A stretch of DNA of 63,458 nt, filler included, from Lenisia limosa (GCA_001655205.1; 12 parts of 12 records of this genome joined end to end with filler, not necessarily neighbours in it), one strand, 5' to 3'; positions 1 to 13,804 are shown, numbered from the whole stretch's first letter. Made by a program: numbers and translations. The notes: generated by a model from the sequence alone, not told the origin.

Positions 1-43
1 GGGGGGGTATTTGAAAATTTTGTTTTGACAACCTATCCATTAG

Positions 44-3000
44 AAACTGGAAGAGGCGGCCCTCCTCAAAATGGAAGCACAGAAGGAACGAGATTTGGCT
101 GCTCAGGAGCGACTGAGACTCACTCAGTTATGCCAGGATGTGCATGTAGGGTGGCAATTACTATGCTCTACATTTCTTCATTCAAAAATATTTGGAAGAA
201 TTTATGGTTTGAGGTGTTACAGATTGACTGTGTTCGCTCCTCTGTCAGACAGTAACCTTGAACGTTTTTCAACGAATCAATAACTACAATAGAGTCGCAA
301 GGCTGAATTAGACCAAGTTTTTGCCGGGGTCCTCTCACAACGACGCAAAAACATAGGCCACCAGGTGGGATGACTCATACTTTATTGTTTTTTTTTTTTT
401 GCATTTTGTGATAACCATAGGCGCTGAAGGCATGCTTCTATCATTGTCATCATCCTGTACCGATATCTACTCTTGTCCTTCATATTCCTCTTTTACCACC
501 ACTCCTCAGATTGCCGGACTTGAGGCTCAGATTCGGCGCCTGACTGAGGAAGAGTCCCTGTGCTGCAACCAGTCGTTTACCAGAGACCCAAGGTTGGGGG
601 AGAGGGCTTTTGAGGATGGCTACGCGTGCTTAGCCATTACCCTTTCTTTCAATTTAATCCAATATTTTTTTCTGGGAGCTAGATAACCTGGCGTTTTTGT
701 AGCGCCAACCTACCAAAAATGAATGTGTCATCCGTTCCCCTTATTGCTTCAGGTATTCACCAAATTCTGAAACTCTTCCTGTCACCGGAATCATAACAAG
801 CAGGTTAGGAAGTGTGTTTTTTTGCAATTTCCACATCAATATTTTGTTTAGAAATGATGGTTATCGTTTTGTTTTAAGTCCCTCTGAACACAGCTTCCCT
901 ATATTGTTGTTACTTTCACCAATCAGTTCAATGGAGGACCTCAGGACTGCAACTGTATGCTAGGATGGGGCAAAGACTGCATATTACTCAATAACAATAT
1001 ACTATAATAGATGTACACACTATGCATAATATATATTATGATATGTAGAACTATTCTATCCACTTGTTTTTGTACTGTCGTTTATTTTCACCCCCACCTC
1101 CCGCCCAGCCTCCTCCCCAGCCGAAATCTTCCGCTTCCCCCCCATCTGCCCAATCTGTTCCCTCCAAAGTCCCAATCGTGAGGAATGGTGATATCCTTCC
1201 AGTCCGTAAATCTAATATTGGGTTGGAATAATTGCGGTTAGAAGAATGCTCTTAACTCACTTCAGGCACCACCCCGTGCTGCACCTATCCCCCCGAAGTC
1301 TTTCCCTCAGGTTAAATGGATCAATGATTTATCTTCCCTCTTGAAATGACCTTTTTCGCGAATTACTTGGCATGTTTGTTTTGTTTTTTGCACCATAGTT
1401 TGCCAAAAAAACAATCAATCGATCTAACCCGCTTCAGAGCGGCCCTGCTACCACTTCCTCCAGACCGCTGTTGTCACAAAACAATATTGGTGGGCTTTTA
1501 TACTCCATCCAAATATTCGTAGGAATTACTCACTTCGTCCATTGGTGAGCTGCTACCTCGGACTTTCTTTTTCTTGATTTCAAGCTATACTGAGAAAAAA
1601 AAACATACCTTTTCTTCTTTGGATGGGGGGGGGGNNNNNNNNNNNNNNNNNNNNNNNNNNNNNNNNNNNNNNNNNNNNNNNNNNAACTTACTCTTCAGCA
1701 CCACCTTCTAAATCTGGTGCTCCAGGAAAGGCCGCTCCTACCCCACCTATCGGTTCCCCCAAGTCCACTGCACCCCTTCCTCCCAGTCGGAGAGAGAGTA
1801 TTGATGACTGTACATGTGGATCATCTCCTGGTTTTATTTCTATTTATTACTTTTTAGGTACAGCGCCGAAGGCTCGGGCCCCCGCTACTCCTCCCCAAAG
1901 CAGTCAACCTGAAAGTAATGATTATTTCATAAATGGGAATACATGAGGGGGGGGGGGGTATCTGGTGAATTNNNNNNNNNNNNNNNNNNNNNNNNNNNNN
2001 NNNNNNNNNNNNNNNNNNNNNNNNNNNNNNNNNNNNNNNNNNNNNNNNNNNNNNNNNNNNNNNNNNNNNNNNNNNNNNNNNNNNNNNNNNNNNNNNNNNN
2101 NNNNNNNNNNCCTTCTGCTACACCTACACCAACCTTTGTTCAAGAGGTATGCGGTATTATGGAATATTGAAGAAATCCAATGCGCCTCCTATTGCTGAAA
2201 ATGTGTAATTACCATTAGGAAACTCCGTCTCAAGAAATTGCATCGCTGACGTCAGCTGAAGAGCCCAATCGAGAAACGATTCCCGAAATGGAGACTAGCC
2301 CGAATTTGGATATTTCAGTTCAAGACACCCAGACCACTCCTCCACCTGAACAGGTTTGTCAGGTCTTTGAATAAATATGCGGATCAACTACCGCCATCTT
2401 CCTTTCATGCTAGGGACTGTTGTTTTTAGTTTTATTTTATCTGCCTATCTCTTTCCATTTTGGTCCTTCACTTATCCTGTTGACAGATTTTACCGTTTAG
2501 GACCTTCTCGCCACAAACCCCGTTATAGCAACTCAACCAACAAGGTATTGCTGGATTGTAGACGGTTATGGTGGTGTAAATATTTACATTGCTTTCTTTT
2601 CCACAGAAAAAAATGCCTTAATTTCAAACCTTCTTGTGTAATTCGAATATAGTATTGTATTATCTTTCATTTACGAAAAATGTTATTTCTGACAATAAAG
2701 CCCAACGTCAGCATTATCTGGAGTTGAAGCTTCCCCCATTACACCAACTGGTTGGCTGGATATTCATTGTCGTAACTTCTAGACAGTACTCATGGAAAAA
2801 TTATCTTTTCCACTCTAACTATATAGCCGCCGCACCTGTCCCAAACACTGATCTCTTGTCCCCTACTCCTCCACAGGTCAGTGTTTATTTGAGATTAATG
2901 GCCAACTCTACAAAACAGTTGGTGGTTTCGGCCGCTTCCACTTTTCCATATTCTTACGTATTTAGACCCAAGATGCTGCTGAACCGCTGCTCTCCCTTGA

Positions 3001-3323
3001 TGATCCAGTTACTCCCGTGAAAGGTTGGGCTGTATTGAGTGAAATTTTAACTTTTCTACAACCCCTTATTTCTTTCTTTTGACTTGCCTTTCTGCGTTTG
3101 GAATCTTTTCTTTCCTCTAATATTGTAGAATCCACGCACTACTACCTATCCGAAACCCCTAGCAGTTCACGAAAGGTGGGCTTTTGAGACAACTTCCACA
3201 TATTTTGCGATTAACCCCATGCCGTATGCCTAACTCTCATCACAGGACTCCCATGACCCGTTTGCCCTGGCCGAGCCAGCTGAATTTTCACCCTGGATGC
3301 TTGATTCGCCTGCAGGTCTCTGA
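44..3323 (+). CDS. Multi-exon uncharacterised protein, coiled-coil N-part and Pro/Ser-rich C-part (5' partial)
   Basis: GT-AG bounded exons reading KLEEAALLKMEAQKERDLAAQERLRL, IAGLEAQIRRLTEEE, PPPQPKSSASPPSAQSVPSKVP, APPRAAPIPPKSFPQ; probable last exon DSHDPFALAEPAEFSPWMLDSPAGL* (TGA 3321-3323). No family recognised. Confidence 0.5.
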
Positions 3324-3554
3324 TGTGATCGGTACTTCGGTACTTCTGTTGAATGGGGCATTGGGTTTTAGGGTTATTGCTTTATGAATCTAATAAATAG
3401 TTTTTTTTTTTGGAATAATTCTCCCCCTTGATGTCAGAGATTCGGTTAGGGTTGTAAATTGTTTATTATTATTTCGCGAAAAAAGCCAGTTTACTATCAA
3501 GTAAGTAGGATACATTTTAAAAAAGGTGAAGGGAATAAGGAGTGAAATAAGGTT

Positions 3555-3654
3555 NNNNNNNNNNNNNNNNNNNNNNNNNNNNNNNNNNNNNNNNNNNNTT
3601 AATTAATTAANNNNNNNNNNNNNNNNNNNNNNNNNNNNNNNNNNNNNNNNNNNN
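3555..3654. other. Artificial contig spacer N44-TTAATTAATTAA-N44 (11 copies; linkers at 3599, 7051, 30685, 37554, 40770, 43450, 48618, 51914, 54633, 59751, 62364)
   Basis: Identical six-frame-stop linker between 44-N flanks; genes are truncated at these points. Confidence 0.95.
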
Positions 3655-5450
3655 CCGCTTTCAAGGTCACAGTCCTGGGCCGGGCCCTCAACGCACATGG
3701 GCTCGCCCACTGAAATCAAATCCAAAACAAAAAACATGTCCAAACACAAGAAAAAGGTTGGTAATTATTATGCCAAAGTGACCCTGCCCAACTTACGTAT
3801 TAGAAGTCCATCGACGTTTCAACAATATCCACGTCTCCCCCCGCTGAGTCCCCGAAAGTGAGCGCAAACCGAAATTGGGTTAATTGAGATAATTAGAATC
3901 ATTGTTATATCATGATAGTCCTGTCCTGTTGCATTATTCCCCTATCGATGACCCCTCAGCCACTGGGGAACCGCAGCCAGTCCTTTGCAGGTCCTATTCG
4001 CAGTCATGAAATCACCAACACTGTCGTACGGGGGGGGGGGTATTTCTTCAGATTTGCTTTTGATACTATTTGGCTTGTGTTTGATACTATTTGGCTTGTT
4101 TTTTGATACTATTTGGCTTGTGTTTGATACTATTTGGCTTGTGTTTGCCCTCGATACTATTTGGCTTGTGTTTGATACTTGGCTTGTGTTTGCCCTCAAT
4201 ACTATTTGGCTTGTATTTGCCCTCAATACTATTTGGCTTGTGTTTGCCCTCAATACTATTTGGCTTGTGTTGGCCCAATTCTCCGATATTCATCCCATCA
4301 GGTCACTTCCGCTAAGACCAGTCAAGCATTCAAAGAGCTCGACTCCCTTGTAAACATTGCTACTTCTGTTGGAGGGGGGGAGGAGAGGAGGGGGGTCTAG
4401 GTCACTTCGGTTCGAAAAAAGACTGAATTTTCCGATAAATCCTCGAAAACTATCTTATTTTTCGAAGTGAAGCCAAAGATGGGTCTTCATGTTTACTCTT
4501 CAGCACCTCCTTCAATGCCATTTCTATGATCAAATTTCAAAAAGTTTCCCACGTTCGAGTAATTTCCATCACACCCCCAGGTCGAGAGTGAGGGAGAGTC
4601 GGATAGCAGCGACTCTGAAATGGAGAGCTGCAGTGAGGTTGAGTCAGTGAGTGACATCGACTCCATCACTGACGAGCAGCCGAGACAACGTAGNNNNNNN
4701 NNNNNNNNNNNNNNNNNNNNNNNNNNNNNNNNNNNNNNNNNNNNNNNNNNNNNNNNNNNNNNNNNNNNNNNNNNNNNNNNNNNNNNNNNNNNNNNNNNNN
4801 NNNNNNNNNNNNNNNNNNNNNNNNNNNNNNNNNNNNNNNNNNNNNNNNNNNNNNNNNNNNNNNNNNNNNNACCTGGATGACTGCTCTAGTATTTGTACAC
4901 CCTTTCATTGACGCTTACTTACCCCCCCCCCCTTAGGGACATTCAGCGAATGAACACGCAGCGTACGCCCGACTTCCTGCGAGGCTTCGGCAAGGGTGGT
5001 GCTGCCTCCGTCGAAATGCAGAAGAGGTTCGTGACGATGGGGGAGGAGGGGGGGGGGGAGTAAAACGAAGGAAATTTTTATGAAGAATATTGGTGTATGG
5101 CGTAGAGGTACGAATCACGAACCGAATAATCTGAAACTCCAATCAAAAAAACAAATGAAAGCAAGCAAAAACAAACATTAGCAACCAACGCTAAAACTAG
5201 ACATCTTTCAACTACGTTTTCTTCCCTGACCATTAAGCAACTCCATCCCCGTCCCCCCCAAGACCAACTCGGCGCTTTTGGCTCCCGCAGACCCCGACTC
5301 TCTTTCAAGCAGGTTTGGGGGGTTGGAAGGTTGGGACTGTTTCGTTCCATATTTTCGCACCAAAATATAGATTATTATTCATTGAATTCAAATCCCTCCC
5401 TCTCACGAATCCAGTCCAACGTCATCTCAAGAGGGGAAAAGCCGATTTAG
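3655..5450 (+). CDS. Multi-exon uncharacterised Ser-rich/acidic protein (5' partial, 3' end approximate)
   Basis: Exons PLSRSQSWAGPSTHMGSP, PLGNRSQSFAGPIRSHEITNTV, VTSAKTSQAFKELDSLVNIATS, VESEGESDSSDSEMESCSEVES, RDIQRMNTQRTPDFLRGFGKGG, each flanked by AG/GT. Confidence 0.5.
4059..4272. repeat. Intronic minisatellite, 21/27-bp unit GATACTATTTGGCTTGTGTTT(GCCCTC)
   Basis: About 9 tandem units visible; explains the repetitive ORFs at 3942-4400. Confidence 0.9.
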
Positions 5451-5775
5451 AAGGAAAAGTGAGCTAATGAAAATCTGAAGTTTCCTTTAAATTTCCCCTT
5501 GTATTAATCACCTATGGACGGCTTCGGTCAGATACTACAACCTTATTTTTTATTTCTCATTGCAAGAAATAAATCACCTGTGGTCGTGGACTATTTAGTT
5601 ATGGCTGAATCGCCCCTATTGATTCTGACTATTGTTGTTATTACTTATTCCTCCAGACCGACGCTCCAATTCAATCGGCAACAAAACCCGTATGTTGACT
5701 TGGGGGTTTTGGAGATGAGTAGTCCGGTGTCTTTATCTGATGAGTTGAGATCTCTTTTTTTGTAAAAAGCTAAAA

Positions 5776-7006
5776 TGGCCGAATTGAGCATTTTGCAATA
5801 CTTACACCACATTAGTTCGACAGCGCTCCCCTTCCACCCACAATTTTGGCGGTGAGTGGGCGTGTGGTTGTCAGTGGGCCAACACTAACATCAATCGAAT
5901 AGACTTGGCATAGATTATGAGAATTATTGGCAGACCTAACCCTCACCCTACCTGTCCATTCTTGCCATTTTGCCTCACATTATTGCTCTTTTGCCTGATA
6001 TTATTGCTCTTTTGCCTCACATTATTGCAATTTTGCCTCACACTCCAGCCCAGAACACGATCCTTGCCAACGGTGTTGAGAGCTTCTCAGTGGTGTCTCG
6101 TGGCGAACTTTCCATTTTCTCCGGTAGAGGGGGGGGGGTGACCGAAATGGACAAAACCGGGTTACTAAGTTGTTACATTACAAGAAAGCATATTCGATAA
6201 ATGTCTTTTCGTCATACGCTACTGAAAAGGAAGAGCCTAAAACGCATATATAAAGTGGTCTTTTACTCATAATTTTTTTTATTATTATTATTTCCTTCTC
6301 ATGATAGCAATAATAATGCTGACGCAAAATTCCAGGCATTTCGATTTAACACTACAGCTCGAGTGGACCGCCTCGTGAACGCCCTTATGACAACTGACCT
6401 CCCGATCCAAGTGCAGGTGGGTGTGTCCCCACATCTCTTGATTTATATTAATACGCCCCCCCCCCCTCCGTGCAAATCGAAAACAATATTACTGTGATCC
6501 ACTCACAAGCTCCACCCCAATGACCGATTAGGCCTATCGCCTTGACGCCATTAACCAGTGGTCCGAACGCACTAAAGAGTGGAACGAATGGTGTGTGGGC
6601 TGTCTTTCTGTTATCTTGATAAGTTTTATCATATCTCCTTCGTTGAATGCTTTCAGTATCTGTATATCAACGTACAACAGGCCAGATATGGATATGGTCC
6701 CAGTTGAGGGTAGTGTAAATTGAGTGTGAATGGTTAATTGTGCAACTATTTACATTTTCTGCAACCCCTTCTTCACTTACGGCACAGGCGAAGAGGCAAA
6801 CGCCAGGGTCTCATGTCGCTGTTCAGTCGGAAGGCCGAAGATGCGCCTCCCCTCGAGGTATGGCAGGCAGGATATTAGGATAAAGAGGGATGCTTATTAT
6901 CTTCTCAAACAAACACAGTGTCAGACTTTTTTGTAAGAGTTTGTTGTTGAAACAGTGGATTTAAAACACCCCTCAAATTGATATCATGGTCTTATCTACA
7001 GGTTTG
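5776..7006 (+). CDS. Multi-exon uncharacterised protein (start uncertain, 3' truncated by contig join)
   Basis: Exons AQNTILANGVESFSVVSRGELSIFS, AFRFNTTARVDRLVNALMTTDLPIQVQ, AYRLDAINQWSERTKEWNEW, RRGKRQGLMSLFSRKAEDAPPLE with canonical splice sites. Confidence 0.4.
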
Positions 7007-7107
7007 NNNNNNNNNNNNNNNNNNNNNNNNNNNNNNNNNNNNNNNNNNNNTTAATTAATTAANNNNNNNNNNNNNNNNNNNNNNNNNNNNNNNNNNNNNN
7101 NNNNNNT

Positions 7108-10100
7108 ACCTTCAAGGGAGCAACAATGACGCATGATGACACCATCCAAAAGATTGACTTCAGCCCCACTGAGCAGGGGTGGGTGTCTCCAATTTGGTTC
7201 AGTCCTAATATTTCAGAGACTCACTTCGAATGTATCTCCTTGACGCTTGTGCTGACCCCGGTAGCCGACCAGACAGAATCTTCCTCTTCGGCAAGGTGGG
7301 ACTGTTAATATGAAATGGGGGGTTGGAGTATTGTTGGCGATTCTGACCGGCAGGTTGAAGTTCGGCCCGGAGAGTTCGCTTCCACTTGTTGTGCTGTTGA
7401 GGGTCTTTTGCGTTGCCTCTATTTCCTTCCAAGAGACAAGCCCCTGAGTAAGGAGCTTTGAAAATTGTATTTATGAAGTACCATCCCAAATATTTTTTTT
7501 TGTTGCTGACAACCCTTGATTTTTCAGATGGCGAGGATCAGGATGAAACCGTGATTATGGATGATGTGGATGAGGAAGTCTGCCGCGTACTTGGTAGGAG
7601 GGCTTGTGACGGTACAGCACTAACATTGTTTTACCCATGTAGAACGGTCCTGTGGAGTACGGGCATCAGACCAGGTTATGTCCAAACCTGTCAGTCGGAA
7701 GTGGGCGTTCGGCAACGGTATTCCCTCAGAGGCTGAGTGGCTCAAAGTGTTCTACGGATTCAACAGTGCGAGGCTCCCCCCCCCCCCCNNNNNNNNNNNN
7801 NNNNNNNNNNNNNNNNNNNNNNNNNNNNNNNNNNNNNNNNNNNNNNNNNNNNNNNNNNNNNNNNNNNNNNNNNNNNNNNNNNNNNNNNNNNNNNNNNNNN
7901 NNNNNNNNNNNNNNNNAGATAATCATTTCCCACTTCAGTGTCCATAGTTCTCTACTTAACTCACTCATTTAGGGGGAGCTTTGCCTCAAAGTAACTTCAG
8001 CGGTCGGACCTATAGCCACGTCAAAGGCGCCAACATCACTGCCTTGGAGCACTTCATCCTCTGGTTAGAAGTGGTTTTGATAGTTGGAAGAGAGTTAAGT
8101 TTCATATTTGTTTATGAAGAAGTCCTCCATATCATCTCAACAACGTCTGTCTATATCATATTATTCTGACAATTTTAGCCGAAAGATCAAGGGACCATGT
8201 TGGATTGACCTCAAGAATGTGACCCCCAAACATGGCTCGGTAACTGGGACTCGTCATATTCCTAACTTCTCAGTTCTCGCATTGTGCGCAACAGTTTGTT
8301 GTCGCCTCTCCCGACGACTGTGTGGTGGTTGAGAACCCCCCCGAAGCCCCTGTTCTCACTTTCATGTCCCTTTCAATGAAGACCGTAAGGGACGCGTGTC
8401 TTACTTTTGCTGCTTTGCGTCTTCTTTTCTTGATAATTTTGATCTTGTTCAACGTTACCCCCCCTCCCCACCCTTTTACCCTTTAGGCAAGGAACCCAAA
8501 AACAGGCACTCATGAAATCGTGATCATTTCTGGAGGTGGGGGGGGGGTAGCAGATCATTTCCCTTCCAGTAAACAGAGCAGTCCTTTCTGTTTCAGAATA
8601 TCAGTACACACCTTCAGTTGTTGATAATTCGGTGTATTACTTACACCTTCAGTTGTTGATAATTCGGTGTATTACTTACACTTTCAGTTGTTGATAATTC
8701 GGTGGTAGCTGACTGCCCGAAACACGACCAGGTCAGTCAAAGTTTGACACAACTTCTCATTTGTTCGGTCTTTTTTTTTTATCCCTCCAGCCACTCTACC
8801 GTTTCGCAGCCGTGAGGCCTCTCACCGGAACTGTTCTGCCACGCGACACTGCTAATATCGTGACCGGGCCTCCCTTCTTGCATTCTTTTCTTGGCCTGTG
8901 TATCCCTTGAGAGCATGATGTTCACCTCTGACCAATTAGCTCCGAGCAACCGGGGACAATATGCGCTCATTTGATTCGGAAGTTGCCTTATTGAGGTACT
9001 TCTTTGCTATCATTCAAAAGGTAGGGGGGGGGGGGGNNNNNNNNNNNNNNNNNNNNNNNNNNNNNNNNNNNNNNNNNNNNNNNNNNNNNNNNNNNNNNNN
9101 NNNCTGACGGCATTATCGGGCACAACTTCCTCGGCTACGACTTAGACGTTCTGCTCCACAGATGCCAGTCCCTCAAGGTGGGTTTGGTCACCCTAAATTT
9201 CAATATAGTGCTGTGTTTTGAGTTGCTGGTTTTTCATTTCACTGTCTTCGTTTACCCCCCCCCCCCCNNNNNNNNNNNNNNNNNNNNNNNNNNNNNNNNN
9301 NNNNNNNNNNNNNNGCCAAAGTTGAGCAGCGGCTCCGGCGGCTCTGGAGAGTCGACCTGGGGCGAGAGAATGATTATGGCAGGCCGGCTTGTTGTCGATA
9401 CCTGGGTGTCCTCCAGAGTGAGTTTGAGGTGACGGTCACGAGCGATTCTGACACTGTAGGAACTTGTGAGAGAAAACAACTATGAACTTGGCACGTTAGC
9501 TCGAAGACATCTCAAAATGGACCGCACTACTCTCTTAAGAGAACATTTGCCATCCTTCTTCTCGACCCCTTCTGGAATTGTGGATGTCATGAGGTACGCT
9601 GGGCTTGTCATTAGAGCTTATTATCTCCAAATTTTTTACCATTCAGACACACTCTCAATGATGCCTACCTCGTTATTCGGCTCACGTTCACCCTCAACAT
9701 CATTCCCCTCTCTAAGCAGCTGAGCAACTTGTCAGGCGCCTTGTGGGCACGAACTCTTCAGGTTGGGAGGAAATGCTCCAGCACTCATAATCATTGTTAG
9801 GGGAGTGCTGAAATGCTCTCATACTCACAACCATTTCACCAATATAGGGCGGGAGGTCCGAAAGAAGCGAATTCCTTCTCCTCCATCATTTCAGCCAGTT
9901 GAAGTTCATTGTCCCCGATAAGGTATACTCAAGGTCCCCCTTTATTTAGTCCATTTTTTTTGTGGGGGCTTTAACTCGATGGTGATTTTTTTAGGAAAAA
10001 AGAGATAAGAAAAAGAAGATGCATTACGAGGGAGGACTTGTACTTGACCCTAAGAGAGGTATTTGGTCATATCATCTGGTGACAATAACCCCCCCAGGCT

Positions 10101-13100
10101 TCTATGATACCGCCGTTCTCCTTTTGGATTTCAACTCGCTCTACCCGAGCATTATCCGAGAGTACAACATTTGCTTCACCACTGTCGACACTTCAAATCT
10201 CAATGAGGTTGGCTGTGTACAAGCATCAATTAATTGGACAACAACTGACAATAACCGTACAGGAGGATGGCCAAATTGCCCCAGTGCCGCGTGCCGGCAT
10301 TCCCGAAGGACTCCTCCCCAAAATCATCAAAATGTGCGTACCTTTCGTAGCTTTTCGTACGGCGTCTTTGTTTTTGTTGTCGTTTTCCTGCTTTGAACTG
10401 TCTTACTGATATTTTCATTGATGTGCTATCTGGATCGAAAACTTGTTCAGTATCTTTACGCCAAATATTCCATTCGAATTACACATCATGACAGCCTAGG
10501 TTGATTGACAAACGAAGGGCTGTGAAGGCTTTGATGAAGAACGAAGTCGACGAGTCCAAATCCAAAGTCCTCAATATTAAGCAGATGGCGTTTAAGCTCA
10601 CCGCCAACTCGGTAGGCTGACTACTGGCTTGGTGGTGCTATCGCAGTTTAATCCTTTAGCTCTACGGTTACTTGGGTTTCGAAATGTCACGGTTCTACGC
10701 AATGCCACTCGCTGCTCTGATCACCAGTCTCGTATGCGGGGATTTGAGGAAATAGAGTTATTGCTTATCTTTTCAAATAAGCACGATATATTGCCAGCTA
10801 ACAGTTAAGGGTCGAGACATTCTCTCAATGACTGTTGACGACGCCAAGACTCTTGGATATGATGTGCGAGGGGGATATGTAAAGTCTTAATTTCATTAAT
10901 ATTTCTGGCGTTTGCTGATAGTATAGGTTGTATATGGTGACACCGACTCCATCATGGTCCACACTGCCACCCAAGATCTCAACGAAATCCTGAGAATTGG
11001 AGACGAGTACGATGGGTCTCTTTTTGGATTTTCATAATTATCGTTTCACGGACGCAGTGATGCAGACCAGCAAAATCATTAATGTTTCGACAATAGAGTG
11101 GAAAAAATATTTTGTTTTTGTGTGTGTGTGTGTGGATTACACAGACCTGACTTTTTAGAATCAAAAAGGTAGTCAACCAGAAGCGTTCAGTGTTGGAAAT
11201 CGAGATAGACGGAATTTTCAAGAACATGCTCCTCCTCAGAAAGAAGAAATACGCTGCTGTGCTGCTGACCCAAGGTAAGCAAAATACAAAACGTATATCA
11301 TATAGTGATAAATATGTATTATAATATATATATGACTAAACTGAACTGATATTTAGGCCGTAACGGCTGGGAAGAAACACGAGAGCTTAAGGGTCTTGAT
11401 TTGGTCCGTCGTGATTGGTCAATTATCGCTAAGGAGGCTAGCCAGTAGGGAGGGGGGGGGTATCTACGGCTGNNNNNNNNNNNNNNNNNNNNNNNNNNNN
11501 NNNNNNNNNNNNNNNNNNNNNNNNNNNNNNNNNNNNNNNNNNNNNNNNNNNNNNNNNNNNNNNNNNNNNNNNNNNNNNNNNNNNNNNNNNNNNNNNNNNN
11601 CAGGGTAGGGTACCCTCCTTGCTTTGTTTCAACATCTAACAATGCAGACAATGGACTTCAGTAAGTTCCTAATCACCAAGTCCTTAACCAAAGCTCCCGA
11701 GCAATACCCCAACGGCAAGACTCTGCCGCATGTTAAGGTTGCTCTTGATATGAGACTGGAGGTTAGTGTTAATGTTGTTTGCATGTTGCTCCAAATACCC
11801 ATGTTGAAATAAAGAGTAGTGGCGTTTGTTTGTGACTGCCCAGGGTATCCCACTGCACCAAGGCCAGGTCATCCCCTACGTTATTGTGAAAGGAGAGTCG
11901 AGTGCTGTGTCTGAGAGAGCAATGCACCCCGACACGTTCACGAGGAGGCAAGAACAAGGTAGGCTTCCTGTCTGGTCGACTATTATGGAGTCCTTGAGAT
12001 AGCCTTACTGTTCAGAGGGAGATCAAGCCCCAGAGCTTGACTACACCTGGTATCTTTCTCAACAGGTGGTTGGGAAATGGTAAACTAGAATGAAAGTTGG
12101 ACGCTTGCCCTTTTAACGTTTCACCATCATCCCAGGTGTACCCTACAGTGTCCCGTCTTTGTGATGTCATTGAAGGTACTGATGCTGGCCGTGTTGCCTC
12201 CTGCTTAGGCCTTGACATTCTCAAGTACGCCGGCAAATACGACGATGACGAGGAGGTTAGGGGGAGGGGGTCTGGCATTTTGTGTTGATTCGAAGGCAGT
12301 TGTAACATCTTCAGAACACATCGCAGATCAACCTTGACGACGCGCAGAGATTCGCAAACTGCCCTCGCTTGGAGGTGAGTCCCCCTCCCCTTGGAATAGT
12401 GGTTTAAACGTCTTTGTTTTTTGTTTCACCCAGGGGCACATTTGGTTGTGAAACTCTTCAAAGGCTGGCTCGAGCTTATTTCTGTTTGAATATTGTTGTC
12501 ATCTGGCTTTTTGTCTAGTTTTAGCATTGGTTGCTCGTGTTTGTTATTGCTTGTTTTTTTTGTTTTTTGTTTGTTGGAGTTTCAGATTATTCGGTTCGTG
12601 ATTACCTTTACGCTAATATTCTTCATCGAAATTTCCTTCGTTTTACCCCCCCCCNNNNNNNNNNNNNNNNNNNNNNNNNNNNNNNNNNNNNNNNNNNNNN
12701 NNNNNNNNNNNNNNCGAATATCCCACTGTATCTTACTATTTTCAGATTCCCTGTCCTTGTGGCTCGTCTTTCAGTTTTGATGTGAACCGACCGTTTGTGG
12801 GAATCATCTCTAAGGCGAAACCTTTGCCTTTTGTCATTATTTGACGGTATAGTGACGGAGAATCACCTTTCATGTGCGGTACTTGCTTCAAGAAAACTCC
12901 AAAGGAAAAGTCAGCAGTGTCTTAACATTGTATTTTGTTCAAATCCTTCTTGCATGGAAATTAACCTCCCAGGGTTTTTGCCAATATGAAGAGTCAGATC
13001 AGAGGTTTCCAAGCAGAGCTTTATCAGTCAGAACTCTTGTATGCTTCTGGCTATTTCTGTGGCTTTTTATTATCCATTCACATGATGAATACTCACCCCC

Positions 13101-13804
13101 CCCCCCCCANNNNNNNNNNNNNNNNNNNNNNNNNNNNNNNNNNNNNNNNNNNNNNNNNNNNNNNNNNNNNNNNNNNNNNNNNNNNNNNNNNNNNNNNNNN
13201 NNNNNNNNNNNNNNNNNNNNNNNNNNNNNNNNNNNNNNNNNNNNNNNNNNNNNNNNNNNNNNNNNNNNNNNNNNNNNNNNNNNNNNNNNNNNNNNNNNNN
13301 CACACCCAGCTTGACTTCTACCATCATATGGTCACTCCCTCAAGGCATCACAAGGTTTGAAAACTAAGGCATGTGCCTACCTGCTCTCGGAGTTTATGCA
13401 AGATTTTGAGTATTGTCATCATATCACCACCCAGGGATCAGAGGAGCGGCAAAGGGCACTGATGGAGACTTTGTCGTCGTCAGACAAGGACGACCTGACC
13501 TTCCTCTCACACCATATGTCCGCGATTTTGGACAAAAACAGCATGCACAGGTAAGGCTCATGCTATTGGCTTCCTTTGTTATGTGTGTAATAGATGGTGC
13601 CCATCTGTTTCTCCAAATTGTTCTTCTGTCGTTTGTTACCCCCCCCCCCCCNNNNNNNNNNNNNNNNNNNNNNNNNNNNNNNNNNNNNNNNNNNNNNNNN
13701 NNNNNNNNNNNNNNNNNNNNNNNNNNNNNNNNNNNNNNNGTGGAACAAAAAGCGGCGGTATTTCAGCTGATCTGTCACGGGCTGCTGCTGTGATGTATTA
13801 CTAA
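7108..13804 (+). CDS. POLA1: DNA polymerase alpha catalytic subunit (5' partial; >30 exons; 3' end approximate)
   Basis: Spliced motifs [107 protein letters not shown]-terminal Cys motifs and YTQLDFY; all match family-B Pol alpha. Confidence 0.95.
8608..8703 (+). repeat. 35-bp tandem triplication spanning a POLA1 splice acceptor
   Basis: ACACCTTCAGTTGTTGATAATTCGGTGTATTACTT x2 plus a partial third unit. Confidence 0.9.
12575..12654 (+). repeat. Dispersed intronic repeat family B; representative copy
   Basis: GTTTGTTGGAGTTTCAGATTATTCGGTTCGTGATT...AATATTCTTCATCGAAATTTCCTTCGTTTTA(C)n; other copies ~5050-5150 (-), 43779-43940 (-), 45480-45530 (-), 46617-46700 (+). Confidence 0.8.

Noticed and set aside
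3942-4400. Repetitive ORFs (ANTSQIV, LVFDTIW, KHKPNSI repeats) as repeat proteins
   Set aside because: Six-frame read-through of an intronic minisatellite.
8608-8703. CRISPR-like array of 35-bp repeats
   Set aside because: Head-to-tail units without spacers, in a eukaryotic intron; no cas genes.
12432-12490. Out-of-order POLA1 exon ([13 protein letters not shown], resembling YYDGWL)
   Set aside because: It lies upstream of the first zinc-finger exon and phases do not fit; probably chance similarity within an intron, and nearby gaps prevent a test.
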